64,000 bases of DNA from Octopus bimaculoides (GCF_001194135.2 NC_069001.1:12463444-12527443), one strand, 5' to 3'. Positions 27,830 through 41,792 are shown, numbered from the stretch's first letter. A program made the numbers and translations. Notes: generated from the sequence alone by a model not told the origin.

Positions 27830-28225
27830 TTAAATCGGCGTCCTAGTAGAATCCTTACCGCGACCTGCAAAATACTTAGCGGCATTTCTTCCGACTGTTC
27901 GCTCTGTGTTCAAATGCCACCGATGCCGACTCTGCTTTTCGTTCTTCCGTGTTCGATAAAATAAACACCTGTTGAGTACTGGAGTCAGTGTAATTGACTT
28001 GTCCATTTCTCCCGATGCTGCTTTCATTGTTCCAAAATTTGCAATGAATATTTAAATATGAAGGCGGCGAACTGGTAGAATCGTTAGCACGCCGCGCAAA
28101 ATATTTAGCGGAGTTACCTCCGACTGTACGTTATGAGTTCAAATGCCGCTGGGTTCGACTTTACCTTTCATTCCTCCGAGACCGATAAGATAAATAAGTA
28201 CCAGTTGAGTACTGGGGTCGATAGA
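27830..28225 (+). mobile_element. Two tandem family-B SINE copies
   Basis: Degenerate copy at about 27830-28040, better copy starting ggcggcgaactggtagaatcg at 28063. Confidence 0.7.
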
Positions 28226-29383
28226 TAGATAGATAGATAGAGTAGATTTTTGAATTCATTGCCGAGCGTGGTGTGCAGTAAAATCCCACTGAATGATTTC
28301 CTGAACGATTTTCAAGACAAACATATACGAACAGCACATTCATGCCACAATGTAGTTCCTCATACATACTATGACTTTGTATGTGTAAATTGCGTTAAAA
28401 GGTGGTAGGATTTGACTAGCCACGTCGAGGCTGAGACAAGGGTTAACAACATTAACGGAACATACAATAATAGAAGCAATTTGAACTGTAGAAAATACTT
28501 TTAAAATATCTAACACCAGACTAAAAGGGCACGGCATTTCAAGAAGACTCAAAGAAGCCTGACGTCAACAATAAACAAACATTAAATGTAACCAAACATA
28601 GAATAAAAATCAGACAGACATATGAATTCCTCTACGTCTTTGCCTACAATAAAAGCGGCCATAACAATCGCCATTGTTATTGTATCCTCCACGAGATAAA
28701 ATATAATGAAAAAAAAGGTTTGGAATCATCAATGGTAAATCGTAAGCTTATTGTACGAATCAAAATATAAAAAGTTAATTAGAAGCAGACGAAAATGTAT
28801 GGAATGGGAAAATAATGAAATAAAAATTCAAGCTGGTCCCATATTTCCCAATAATGTAACGATTAGGAGAAAATCTGTTCCTGATCAAGAGGGTAGTATA
28901 TGTCTGTGTGTGTATGGGCATGTGCATGTATACTTATATATATATATATATATATAAATAAATGTATGTATATCCATATATGATTAAAATGTAGATACTT
29001 AACATATAATACATATTTATTCATATGTGCATATACATATTTGTCTACATGCATATATATATGTGTGTATATATAACGTGTTTATGCATGTGTATATACA
29101 AATATACATACATATTTAAATACATATACACACACATATATATAATATATATATATATACATATATATGTGCTATAAATGCTAAAAATGGTTTATACCTT
29201 ATGCTGGAAATGGAAAACTATATGATCATATGCGTCTGAAGAAAGTGCTTTCTTTCAAACTGATATGTTTTCACTGTAATGATTAAATGGGGCCGCTTGA
29301 AACGGCCGTAACTCATTGATACCTGGACGTCCTTGCTACTTATTTGCATTTGATATATACATATATATATATAAATATATATA

Positions 29384-29569
29384 CAATTGGGGTGGGCTCC
29401 AAAGTTACTGGCTTTTAGGGTAACGCAAAAGGCAGGATGGAAGCCCAGCCCTTTCAAAGTGCTGAGTTAAGTGAAGGAGCACTGTAATAAGTATGTGAAT
29501 TTAGGAGAGGTGGCTTCCATCTTGCCTTTCGCGATACCCTAAAAGCCAGTAACTTTGGAGACCCACTCC

Positions 29570-29574
<5 letters not shown>
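29384..29574. mobile_element. Foldback MITE (Tc1/mariner-like) in TA repeats
   Basis: About 70-bp inverted arms (caattggggtgggctccaaagttactggcttttagggt... versus ...accctaaaagccagtaactttggagacccactcccattg), short spacer, TA flanks. Confidence 0.75.
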
Positions 29575-29601
<27 letters not shown>

Positions 29602-30520
29602 TTTAGAGTGGAATATTGAATAAAGTCATAATTAACTGATCCTCCTATATAATCTTTTCCCAAATCAGGGAACTTTTCAGCACCTGGTGTATATGTCTTC
29701 TGTGTCGATGAATTTATATTTGCGCGTCTGTGTTTGTGTGCTTCTGTGTGTGTGTGTGAGCGTTTATGTTTGTATGTATGTATATATGTATGAAAATATA
29801 CACACACATCTATACAATGCCTTTTACACCACAAAATCACTACGGAAGTGCTCAAATTGACGGCCGTACAATGCTGCCTTCGTTTCTAGTAGAATAATTC
29901 TTTTGATACCAAAGATGAAAGTCCGATTGTCGTTTAATTCTCAGCAAACTTCAGGTACACATCCAATCGCTACTGTTTTTGATCGAGTGTCAAGACATTT
30001 AACACAAACTTGGCATCAACTTGACGTTCTTTTAGGTTTGCCGGAAATACAAATACATAGATGTGTGTGTGTGTGTGTGTNNNNNNNNNNNNNNNNNNNN
30101 NNNNNNNNNNNNNNNNNNNNNNNNNNNNNNNNNNNNNNNNNNNNNNNNNNNNNNNNNNNNNNNNNNNNNNNNNNNNNNNNNNNNNNNNNNNNNNNNNNNN
30201 NNNNNNNNNNNNNNNNNNNNNNNNNNNNNNNNNNNNNNNNNNNNNNNNNNNNNNNNNNNNNNNNNNNNNNNNNNNNNNNNNNNNNNNNNNNNNNNNNNNN
30301 NNNNNNNNNNNNNNNNNNNNNNNNNNNNNNNNNNNNNNNNNNNNNNNNNNNNNNNNNNNNNNNNNNNNNNNNNNNNNNNNNNNNNNNNNNNNNNNNNNNN
30401 NNNNNNNNNNNNNNNNNNNNNNNNNNNNNNNNNNNNNNNNNNNNNNNNNNNNNNNNNNNNNNNNNNNNNNNNNNNNNNNNNNNNNNNNNNNNNNNNNNNN
30501 NNNNNNNNNNNNNNNNNNNN

Positions 30521-30574
<54 letters not shown>

Positions 30575-31919
30575 ATGCATGAGTGAGCGTGTGTTTTCAT
30601 TTATATATATATATATATCTAAGTATATATGTATGTACATATATACAGCTATATATACATATATATATACATACACACAGCTATATATACATATATATAT
30701 ATACATACACACACACACGTATATATATATATACAAGGACCAAACATTCAGGATGGTATATTTATATAGATATTAATATTGTTATTATCGAAGCCAATAT
30801 AAATAGTTGATAATAACACCAACATTTATATATATTGTTTTCAGTCTTATTTTGGTGGTTTAAACGAGGGGTTTTAACTCTCATTTCTAGCAGGTAGACG
30901 TATGCGCACGTCTTTATAATGTTGATGTATATACTGACATATACACATACATGTATATCATTGACGCACACACACTTATGTATTCATGTAATTTCAAGTT
31001 AATTTTCGTTGAACCCGGCTGGGTTGCAATAGGAAGCTTCATGTTTTATTTACTATCCTTTAGGTATTAAAGTCATGTACATTTTAATGTATGCATGCAG
31101 GTAAGTACGTATGTATGTATATATAATCATATATGTATGTACGTACGTATTTATGTATATATATGTATGCATTTATGTATGTATGAATGTATAGCCACTG
31201 CAAATACGACAAGAACAAAGGTAGACAGCTTTTTTCAACCAAAAGCTGAATAATTCCATGAAATTGAGAAACAGAGGCCACAACCTAAACTGAACAACGA
31301 GCTTTCTGAATTACCTCGACTCTAAGATGGAATGTGTACAGTACTGCAGGGAAATTGTTGAAGTGATCACAATAAATCGTTCGAACACCACTCTGGAGAG
31401 TCATAGTCAACGTAATAGGAGACGAAAGAATTCAGCACGCTGTGTGGTAGAGAGTGTCTTGCAGAACGTTAAAGGCGCGAAATTGTAAGGCTTACTTGGA
31501 CGTTGATGCGGAACTAGGTACGAATTTTCTGACACAAAGACGCACAAACACACACATGTATGTATGTATGTATGTATGTATGTATGTTCCCTTTCAAATC
31601 CAAAGCAATTGGCACCGTGCTATTTTAATAATTTGCACTCTGCTTTATTACGTAAATTTCTCGAAACACAAACTGGATGACCTTAGCAGCGTTCAGCATT
31701 CTCTAAACAATTGATTTTCTTTTTTCTTCATCGTTTACTTCTCCTTCCAGTCTATCATTCTCTCTCATCTCACTTTGGCAATCTATCTAATTTACGTACC
31801 TATCTATAAATAAGTGATGTACATATGCGTTTTTTTAATACATGTTTATCTTTAACACATACACATGTATGTATACACTTACTCACAGACATACACTCAT
31901 ATATATGTATACAGAGATT

Positions 31920-31962
<43 letters not shown>

Positions 31963-32361
31963 NNNNNNNNNNNNNNNNNNNNNNNNNNNNNNNNNNNNNN
32001 NNNNNNNNNNNNNNNNNNNNNNNNNNNNNNNNNNNNNNNNNNNNNNNNNNNNNNNNNNNNNNNNNNNNNNNNNNNNNNNNNNNNNNNNNNNNNNNNNNNN
32101 NNNNNNNNNNNNNNNNNNNNNNNNNNNNNNNNNNNNNNNNNNNNNNNNNNNNNNNNNNNNNNNNNNNNNNNNNNNNNNNNNNNNNNNNNNNNNNNNNNNN
32201 NNNNNNNNNNNNNNNNNNNNNNNNNNNNNNNNNNNNNNNNNNNNNNNNNNNNNNNNNNNNNNNNNNNNNNNNNNNNNNNNNNNNNNNNNNNNNNNNNNNN
32301 NNNNNNNNNNNGTGTGTGTGTGTGTGCAAATATATATTCGCTGTGGTCGAATACTGTTCTA

Positions 32362-32526
32362 GGCGTAGAAGTGGCTGTGTAGTAAGTAGCTTCCCTATAA
32401 GGCTAATTTATGAAATAAAGTAGCTTGCCTACCAACCACATGGTTCTGGGTTCAGTTCCACTGCGTGGCACGTTGGGCATGCGTCTTCTACTATAGCCTC
32501 GGGACGACCAAAGCCTTGCGAGTGGA
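32362..32526 (+). mobile_element. SINE family A head
   Basis: ggcgtagaagtggctgtgtagtaag...ggttctgggttcagttccactgcgtggc. Confidence 0.8.
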
Positions 32527-32599
32527 AACTCGCATTCCTAGCGCTACCACCCCAACTAACCATCACAAACATAGACCTCTTTCTGAAGCAAATTCGAAG

Positions 32600-32762
32600 C
32601 AACTGTATTTCACAAATAAAGCTTAACCTAATGAACCTATTATTTTCTTGTTTTTTACATGAAACGCCCCTCTAGTATCACCCCACTTTCCTTCAACGTC
32701 CCCTTGGTACTTTCCACCGCCCCCAGGGGCTGCAATACCGCCCACTTTGTGAACCAATGGTC
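32600..32762 (-). mobile_element. hAT-type MITE fragment
   Basis: Reverse complement starts cattggttcacaaagtgggcggtattgcagcccctggggg, similar to the CAGTGGTTCCCAAA terminus class. Confidence 0.5.
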
Positions 32763-33244
32763 TAGGAGATTGTCTGACATTAATTGATTTATTACATTCA
32801 ACTAAAATACAATTAAACAAATCCCAATGGATTTTATTCTAAATGGTTGCAGACTACATGCTACACAAAATCTAACTATAAATAACTACGTCACTGTTTC
32901 TTTATTTTAACCACACTATATTCCTCTGCTACTCTGTATTTTATAGTAGGCTTAATAAGATATGTATTATTTTCTAAACTCATTCTGCCACGGATATAAC
33001 ATAACAAATTAATTATTTTGGTTTCTATTACTGATGTAACTTTTTTTTTTAATGTTTTATCTTGTATGCTTGAAATTTATATAGTCATCTAAACAGGTCG
33101 GTTTCTTTTAAATCGATGTAATGTTTTCACTAACCAATCAAATGGAGTCGCTTGAAACGGCCGAATGTATTGACACCTGTACATGTTTGTTACTTATTTA
33201 CATTGTGTGTGTGTATGTGTACTTGCGTGTGTGAGTGTGTGTAT

Positions 33245-33435
33245 TTGTGTGTTCCCCCACCATCGCCTGACAGCCGATCTTGGTGTATTCAAGTCCCCGT
33301 AACATAGCGATTCGGCAAAAGACACCGATAGATAGTGGGCTTACAAAGAATAAGTTCTGGGGTTGAATTCAAATCAAGGCAGTGTTCCAGCATGGTCGCA
33401 GTCAAACGACTGAAACGAGTGAAATAATAAATAAA
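33245..33435 (+). mobile_element. SINE family A tail
   Basis: gtccccgtaacatagcgattcggcaaaagacaccgatag...ccagcatggtcgcagtc. Confidence 0.8.
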
Positions 33436-34689
33436 TAAAAGAATAAAGAATAAATGTGTATGTATATATACATATATATATACACACACACACACACATA
33501 CACACATATATATATATGCACAAACATACACACATACACAAACATGCATGAAGTGTGTGAGTATGTTTCCATTTATGAGTATGTGTTTATGTATCACGTG
33601 CCTGCGCGCGTGTGTGTGTCTATGATTGTATATATGTGTGAATACAGGTATATGCTAACGTATTATATATACAAAATACTGTAAAAGATAATTGTTAATA
33701 CACACATCGTACAATAAGATCGATTTTCAATCACATGGATGTGGCTATGAACCAACTGCACTGCAATATATTTCGTTTGGCGTCGAACAAAATCTAGTGC
33801 GTTTATAATGTGTTGCTTTTTCGGGTAGGTTAACCCTGTAGTATAACGTCGGAATGTCTGTAATTGGGAAGTCATATATTGTGTCACGCCAAAATTACTC
33901 AAGGTTTGCGTTGTAAAAGTACAAATGTTTTGTTTCCTTTTTTCTTTTTTTTTTCTTTTTTTTTTTGGAACAGCAAGCAACTTACATCATAAAAACATTG
34001 AGAAAGTGGTTCATATAATCGAACAGAACTCAATCATTCAAGGCTACAAATCGATGTCAGTTCCATTTGCTGTAATAACTTTCGATTATGTGTGCGCGCG
34101 TGTATATATATGTGTGTGTGAGCCTGTGTTGCAAGCTATCTGTCTATATTTGTGTGTGTGTGTGCCTGCGCGCGCACATGTGCGTGTGACTGAACTTGTG
34201 GAAGAGAAAAATCAAGTACGTGCCTATAGAGTTTACCTGTTTATGCCAGTATGTATGCATGGATGTATGTTATTAACTGACTGGTTTTCGCCATGATTTT
34301 CGATTCCTCTTTCAATTTTTTCTTACATTAGCATAATTTTACTGCCTCATGCATATTCATGAATGCGCACACTGTCATTCATCCTAATACAATGCACTAA
34401 GCGCAATAACTATGTATATATATATATCTTCTTATATACTTATATATATAATAGGGAGCGAGAGATACATATATATACATAGGTATATAAGAACATATAT
34501 ATACACAGATATACATACATCTATATATATGTATATACATACATATATACACACATATTGATATATACTCATATATATTTACGTATATACCTACTCATAT
34601 ATATGTATATATACATGTGTGTGCGTGTTATTTCCTGAGTGTTCGTCTGTTACTGGTGAATTTAGAGCATTTGATCTTTTTCCATAGAA

Positions 34690-35290
34690 TGAAGTGATTT
34701 GCTGCAGAACTGTCTTGGATCTGCATCAAAGTGCAGTGCGACCATGCTTTGGCATCACCATTTAGCAATAATACTTGTTCATTGTAGAGTCACTAACCAA
34801 TCTTTTCCAAGGAATCGCTCCGTCTGATGTAGTGAGTTGTACAGAACTGACATTCTTTCTGTTCCCATTTGTAATCTGGGTTTATCTGGTGTATTGGATA
34901 AATGTTTAACTAATTGTTCTTTAAACACATCCACATCTCGTACATCTCTGAGGGATTTTGACAATATATTAAAAAGTGACGGGCTTTGACTCCTAAACCG
35001 TTGGAGTATTGGTTGTTAATGTAAACCGGAATGTTTGGCGCTATGCAATGGCGTCTAGTCTAGTGATTAGTATAGCCTTCAATTCTGAATTAGTGTGCCA
35101 GATCCTCCAGGATCTTCCATACAGAAATTAGTGCATACGTTTCTGAGTTTCCCTCTAGGTACTAGAACTTCGATCTTTGAGCCTCTACCAGTAATCTGCT
35201 TCACTGAGGCATCTTTGTGCAATGGCTTTCACTTGCCCCAAGTTCTGTTGTTTATTTGGCGCTTGGTGGCGTACGCATTTGTGAATAGTA
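34690..35290 (-). mobile_element. CR1/L2-type LINE 3' fragment
   Basis: Minus translation with lesions DYW*RLK...VWKILEDLA...SKSLRDVRDVDVFKEQLVKHLSNTPDKP. Confidence 0.75.
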
Positions 35291-35884
35291 TGTTAAGTGC
35301 TCAGTAATCTAAGTGGCTAAACACAACTTTTCTGAGAATAGCAACATGCTTTCTTCTTTTCGTGTTCTGATTGATCTCAGAAACCAACCATTCAGGCACC
35401 AGCGCACTGATGTCATTATATTACTACGAACACGAAACAATACAGAGGGTCCTGCATGTTTCGATTGCATATGCACAGCCTGTCCATAAATTACTTTTAC
35501 AATGTGAAAACATCGGAAATAGATAAAAAATAAGAACTCAGCAGTTTACTAAAAAAAAACGCAGCCAACCAAATAAGGGTTTTATTGGAATCATCAGAAA
35601 ACCTGGCTGCATTACTTGCAAAGAGAGTGACTGATAGATCAGAAATTTAACAGATGTAATAAACTGTGACAGTTATAGAGATAATTTATGAAGATGTTTT
35701 TTATATATCATCATAAATATACAGGGATTAGCTTGAATAGCTTCTCCAACACACTGAAAATTTAGAAATAGCAGTCAAAGAACTACTGATTCTAAACTAC
35801 AAATTTTTTCTCTAAACGGATGGCGATGTTTATGGCACACAAAAAAACCGAAGGGAGAAGCAAAAACAAACCTGCCTTTAGTTA

Positions 35885-35947
35885 ATTGGATACGACGTTT
35901 CACGGTTATGAGTATGAAATTACTCTATTCCGACTCTTCAGCCCACA
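35885..35947 (-). ncRNA. Mirror hammerhead motif in the left palindrome arm
   Basis: Same core; stem I shortened to about 4 bp and one stem II pair lost. Confidence 0.55.
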
Positions 35948-35951
35948 GAAT

Positions 35952-36014
35952 ATTGGGCTGAAGAGTCGGAATAGAGTAATTTCATACTCTTAACCGTGAA
36001 ACGTCGTATCCAAT
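35952..36014 (+). ncRNA. Type I minimal hammerhead ribozyme motif
   Basis: Stem I AUUGGG/UCCAAU; core CUGAAGA (35958-35964); extended stem II; GAA (35998-36000); self-complementary stem III ACGUCGU; cleavage triplet GUA (36006-36008). Confidence 0.7.
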
Positions 36015-36329
36015 TAACTAAAGGCAGGTTTGTTTTTGCTTTTCCCTTCGGTTTTTTGTGAGCCATAAATATCGCCATCCGTTTAGAGAAAAAATTTGTA
36101 GTTTAGAATCAGGAGTTCTTTGACTGCTATTTCTAAATTTTCAGTATGTTGGAAAAGCTACTCAAGCTAATCCCTGTATATTTATGATGATAAATGGTTT
36201 TACCGATAAAGGTTTTTTTCATACTGAACTACTTGGCAAAATTGTTAATTATTACTTCTATTACTAATTGACGATTCCCTGCACTTATTCTTGTGTATAT
36301 ATATATATATATATTATCTTTTCCATGTT

Positions 36330-36672
36330 TCAGTCATTAAACAGCGGTCATGCTGGGGTACCACCTTCAAGAAATGTTAGTCAAGTTTATCGACCCCAGT
36401 AATTATTTTCTTTGGAAACCTGGTACTTATTTTATCTGTCTCTTATGCCTAACCGGTAAGTGCGACGCATACACACTCACAGACACACGCACGTTTATAT
36501 ATATATATATATATATATATAATTATATATACAACGGTTTCTTTCAGATTCTGTCAACCAAATCCCCTCACAAAGGTCCTATAGTAGAAATCATGGCCAA
36601 GACGTCAAGCAAAGCAAGTGAACACAGAACCATGTGGTTGGAAAGCAAACTGTTTACAACACTGCCACGCCT
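36330..36672 (-). mobile_element. Degenerate SINE family A
   Basis: gtttcagtcatt...gcggtcatgctggg...aaccatgtggttggaaagcaaact. Confidence 0.65.
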
Positions 36673-36711
36673 GCGACTATATGTTTGTGTGAGTGTGTGT
36701 AGGTCAGTGAG

Positions 36712-36762
<51 letters not shown>

Positions 36763-37239
36763 CGATCTGCGTGTTTTTTGTGTCTCAGTTAAATTCAATA
36801 CACCAAAAAGTGGGCCAGTGCTTGAATGTGTTAGAATTGGAACGGCCACATGCTGGATCACGCTGATCTTGTCCAAGGTCTATGTTAAAAGTACAGCTGA
36901 ATGTTATACTTTTAAAGTTACTAAACCATTTAAGTCATAAAGCTATGAAGACATTTGCATCGTGAAACTGAACGATTTTATTATTCACTTATAGAAATCG
37001 ATATCACATCCATCTATTCACATATTTTAGAAAATGCATGCCTGTGCTGTCTGTAAGTGAACTAGAGGAGTGTGCATGTGTATGGAAGTGTGTGTGTGGA
37101 AGGAAGTGTGTGTGTGGAAGGAAGTACCGACAGTGCTGTTATAATGTTCTGTTTTTACGTACGTAAATGCATGTGTGTGAGTGTGAGCGTATGTGTCTAG
37201 AGAAGAAAGTGCCAACTGTGTACTTCTAGTTGTTCAGTG

Positions 37240-37297
<58 letters not shown>

Positions 37298-37556
37298 CGT
37301 GCATGCTTTGAGTTACTCTAATATTTTTGTGTATTCTGTTTTTGTATAGATTAACATAATTCCAGTGCATTATGAATATTCATGAGAGCACACGTACAGT
37401 TAGTTAGTCAATTCATTTTCATTCTCTTAGTATGAAGAAGAAACTTGTACAAATAGATTTCTATAAGTGTGTACGTGTGTCTTTTTATACAGATATAGAT
37501 AGACAGAGATTGATAGAGAGAGAGAGCGACAGACAGGAAGAAGGTTGGATATATAT

Positions 37557-37603
<47 letters not shown>

Positions 37604-38646
37604 CGAATAAATGCGTATGCGACCATGTGTTGTGTGTGTGCAACTATTTATGTGTTTGATATATATATATATATATATATATATGTTTGTGTGTATGTGT
37701 GTGCTTGTGTAAACATATCTATGAAGAGAGAAAGAAGAAGAAAGGCAGAGAGACAGATGGATATATACATATGCATACATTCCACATGTATATACATATA
37801 CACAAATATGTATGCATGTAATCAATTTAGTTCAGAATCCATGTAATATTTTAACTTTACCCATATAAAAAAAAACAGGTGCTGACGGGTGGATTAACTG
37901 TCACGGTGTTTGTTCAATGAAATTCCAAATAGTTTTTAACCTTATACACCGTCCCCATATATCTTCCACTGAAGCCATTGGCATCTCTCACTTCCATTGC
38001 CGATTTAGTTATATTTAATGTGTAATACAATAATTCATTTCAAGATCTAATCCTACAGTGACACTTGTAATTGCCAAAAATATGGAACATGTTGATATAA
38101 ATTCTCACTGTATAAAGTTAATGATGTTTAAACACTTCTCTCTAAAGCTATTAGTTGATGCCTTCTGTAATGTAAAAAGCATGAGACATTAATATTCTGG
38201 AATGCATTTTATTTTGTTTTTTCGGTTATTGCGAAATTGCGTCACATGCATCGCGCATGCAACAAACGCTGTTGCTGTACGTGTCTGAACTCGAACTTTC
38301 AGTCCCTCTGTTATTAGTGTATGTGTTTCAACGTGGTCTGTCAATTGAATATTCATTGGCATGAAGTCTGTGGAGAATAATTCTATGGACAAAGCTATGA
38401 TTAATTTGCATATTATTTGCTACGACCTGAATAATCATGTCTCTGCTGATAAAGAGCCATAAAGCAAATTCTACCAAATATCGTGATATGAATTGGTATA
38501 TGTCCGCGGTTCTGGTTCCAATTTCATGCGTGACATTCATGTGACCGTGTCGAATTGTGATGGTTAAAAAGGAACGAGTGGGGGATAGGTTAACGAAATA
38601 GCAACGACAGATCGATTGGTGTCTCCAGTTCAACACTACACAGGAG

Positions 38647-38700
<54 letters not shown>

Positions 38701-39734
38701 AAGAGAGAGAAAGAGAGAGAAAGAGAGAGAAAGAGAGAGAAAGAGAGAGAAAGAGAGAGAAAGAGANNNNNNNNNNNNNNNNNNNNNNNNNNNNNNNNNN
38801 NNNNNNNNNNNNNNNNNNNNNNNNNNNNNNNNNNNNNNNNNNNNNNNNNNNNNNNNNNNNNNNNNNNNNNNNNNNNNNNNNNNNNNNNNNNNNNNNNNNN
38901 NNNNNNNNNNNNNNNNNNNNNNNNNNNNNNNNNNNNNNNNNNNNNNNNNNNNNNNNNNNNNNNNNNNNNNNNNNNNNNNNNNNNNNNNNNNNNNNNNNNN
39001 NNNNNNNNNNNNNNNNNNNNNNNNNNNNNNNNNNNNNNNNNNNNNNNNNNNNNNNNNNNNNNNNNNNNNNNNNNNNNNNNNNNNNNNNNNNNNNNNNNNN
39101 NNNNNNNNNNNNNNNNNNNNNNNNNNNNNNNNNNNNNNNNNNNNNNNNNNNNNNNNNNNNNNNNNNNNNNNNNNNNNNNNNNNNNNNNNNNNNNNNNNNN
39201 NNNNNNNNNNNNNNNNNNNNNNNNNNNNNNNNNNNNNNNNNNNNNNNNNNNNNNNNNNNNNNNNNNNNNNNNNNNNNNNNNNNNNNNNNNNNNNNNNNNN
39301 NNNNNNNNNNNNNNNNNNNNNNNNNNNNNNNNNNNNNNNNNNNNNNNNNNNNNNNNNNNNNNNNNNNNNNNNNNNNNNNNNNNNNNNNNNNNNNNNNNNN
39401 NNNNNNNNNNNNNNNNNNNNNNNNNNNNNNNNNNNNNNNNNNNNNNNNNNNNNNNNNNNNNNNNNNNNNNNNNNNNNNNNNNNNNNNNNNNNNNNNNNNN
39501 NNNNNNNNNNNNNNNNNNNNNNNNNNNNNNNNNNNNNNNNNNNNNNNNNNNNNNNNNNNNNNNNNNNNNNNNNNNNNNNNNNNNNNNNNNNNNNNNNNNN
39601 NNNNNNNNNNNNNNNNNNNNNNNNNNNNNNNNNNNNNNNNNNNNNNNNNNNNNNNNNNNNNNNNNNNNNNNNNNNNNNNNNNNNNNNNNNNNNNNNNNNN
39701 NNNNNNNNNNNNNNNNNNNNNNNNNNNNNNNNNN

Positions 39735-40041
39735 GGCCGTTGCCAGTACCGCCTGACTGGCTCCTGTAGGATTTTCGAGCGAGATCGTTGCCAGTGCCCC
39801 TGGACTGGCTTGTGCGGGTGGCACATAAAAGACACCATTTCGAGCGTGGCCGTTTTCGTGCGGGTGACACGTAAAAGCACCCACTACACTCTCTGAGTGG
39901 TTGGCGTTAGGAAGGGCATCCAGCTGTAGAAACTCTGCCAAATCAGACTGGAGCCTGGTGTTGCCATCCGGTTTCACCAGTCCTCAGTCAAATCGTCCAA
40001 CCCATGCTAGCATGGAAAGCGGACGTTAAACGATGATGATG
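39735..40041 (+). mobile_element. SINE 3' part with RTE-like tail
   Basis: ggttggcgttaggaagggcatccagctgtagaaa...gacgttaaacgatgatgatg with a (GAT)n end; little sign of decay; 5' part lies in the gap. Confidence 0.75.
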
Positions 40042-40137
40042 ATGATATATATATATATTTGTGTTTATGTGTGTGTGCGCGCGTGTTTGTGTGTATGCGT
40101 ATGCGCACATATACATACGTACGTATATTATATGCAT

Positions 40138-40180
<43 letters not shown>

Positions 40181-40183
40181 TAT

Positions 40184-40505
40184 GTGGCTGTGTGGTAAGT
40201 AGCTTGCCTACCAACAACGTGACTCTGGGTTCTACTATAGTTTTGGACCGACCAAAGCCTTGTGAGTGGATTTGGTAAACGGAAACCGAAAGAAGCTCGT
40301 CATATATATATGCTTGTGTGTCTGTGTTTGTGCCCCCTCCATCGCTTAACAACCGATGTTGGTGTGTTTACATCCCCGTAATTAATCGTTTCGGCAAAAG
40401 TGACCGATGGAATAAATACTAGGCTTACAAAGAATAAGTCTTGGATCCGGCTAAAAAGGCGATGTTCCAGCATGGCCGCAGTCATATGACTGAAAGAAAT
40501 AAAAT
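40184..40505 (+). mobile_element. SINE family A
   Basis: Head, centre and tail match the 7344 copy. Confidence 0.85.
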
Positions 40506-41264
40506 AAAAGTATACACACATTTATTACCTACAAATGCATATTTATATAAATCATCATTATTATCCTGATCTTCAACATCATTGTCTTCATCACCAACGT
40601 CATCGTCACGCGGAATATCACATTTACAACTGCAGCAACGAAACTATTTAAACGAGATATTTAACCAAGATATTCCAAACCGACAGTAGTTACAACCGGA
40701 AGCACCACACACGTACACACGCTCCGCTCCCCCATTACAGATCGCCATTCCGCGTCCCCGCTAAGAACAACTATATCAACAACACCACCGTCGTTACTAC
40801 CAGTATTAATAACAAACACAAAAACCGCCATTAATACCTCACCACCGCCATTAATAAAACCCAACTCCACTAACAAGACCACGCCATTATCCAAAAACAC
40901 GGCCACAACCACTACTCACATTATCATCATCATCATCGTTACCATCATCACTATCATTACGACGACCAAAGTCAACACTCCCATCATCATCATCATGAAT
41001 AAAAGTGTCACGCCTTATTTTAATAACATCATTATCATGAGTTTGTTAATGAGCTCCGACCCAACCTCGTCAGATTCGCCCACAACACCAGTCGTCAACA
41101 CATTGTCAACATTATTGGCTCGACTTAATTTCTTACGAAATACAATCGGGTAAAAAAGCATTTATTGTTTTATGAAAAATGCTGAAGTCAAGCTAAAAAG
41201 ACAAGGACAAATATTGATGTGCATCCATACGTGCTTGTGTGTGTTTGCATGTGTATGTATATAC

Positions 41265-41384
<120 letters not shown>

Positions 41385-41745
41385 ATATGTATATATAAAT
41401 ATATATGCACATATATAACAAATATATACATATACACACAGAAACATACACACACAAACACACATACATATATGTATGTGTAGGCATGTGTGTATATTGA
41501 CATAAACGCATGCGTATTGGTTTGTTTGCACTAATATATAGGTGGAAGTCCATATTTACGCTCATATAAGTGTATTAACGTAAATATATATATATATATA
41601 TATACATACATATGTATAAATGTGTTTATCTATGCAGACACACAACACACATATACATATGTAAATATATATATATGTATATACTCACACACACACACAT
41701 ATACATATATATATCTATATATATATATATATATANNNNNNNNNN

Positions 41746-41792
<47 letters not shown>

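Larger units (their letters stand above)
35706..36192. repeat. 487-bp palindrome, probably an inverted duplication of a Penelope-like terminal repeat
   Basis: Arms 35706-35945 and 35954-36192, 8-nt loop, 8 substitutions and one 1-nt indel by manual alignment. Confidence 0.97.

Noticed and set aside
31316-31394. Possible minus-strand exon reading VVFERFIVI, resembling a GPCR E/DRY region
   Set aside because: Lacks the following conserved residues, alternative frames are equally open, and there are no partner exons.
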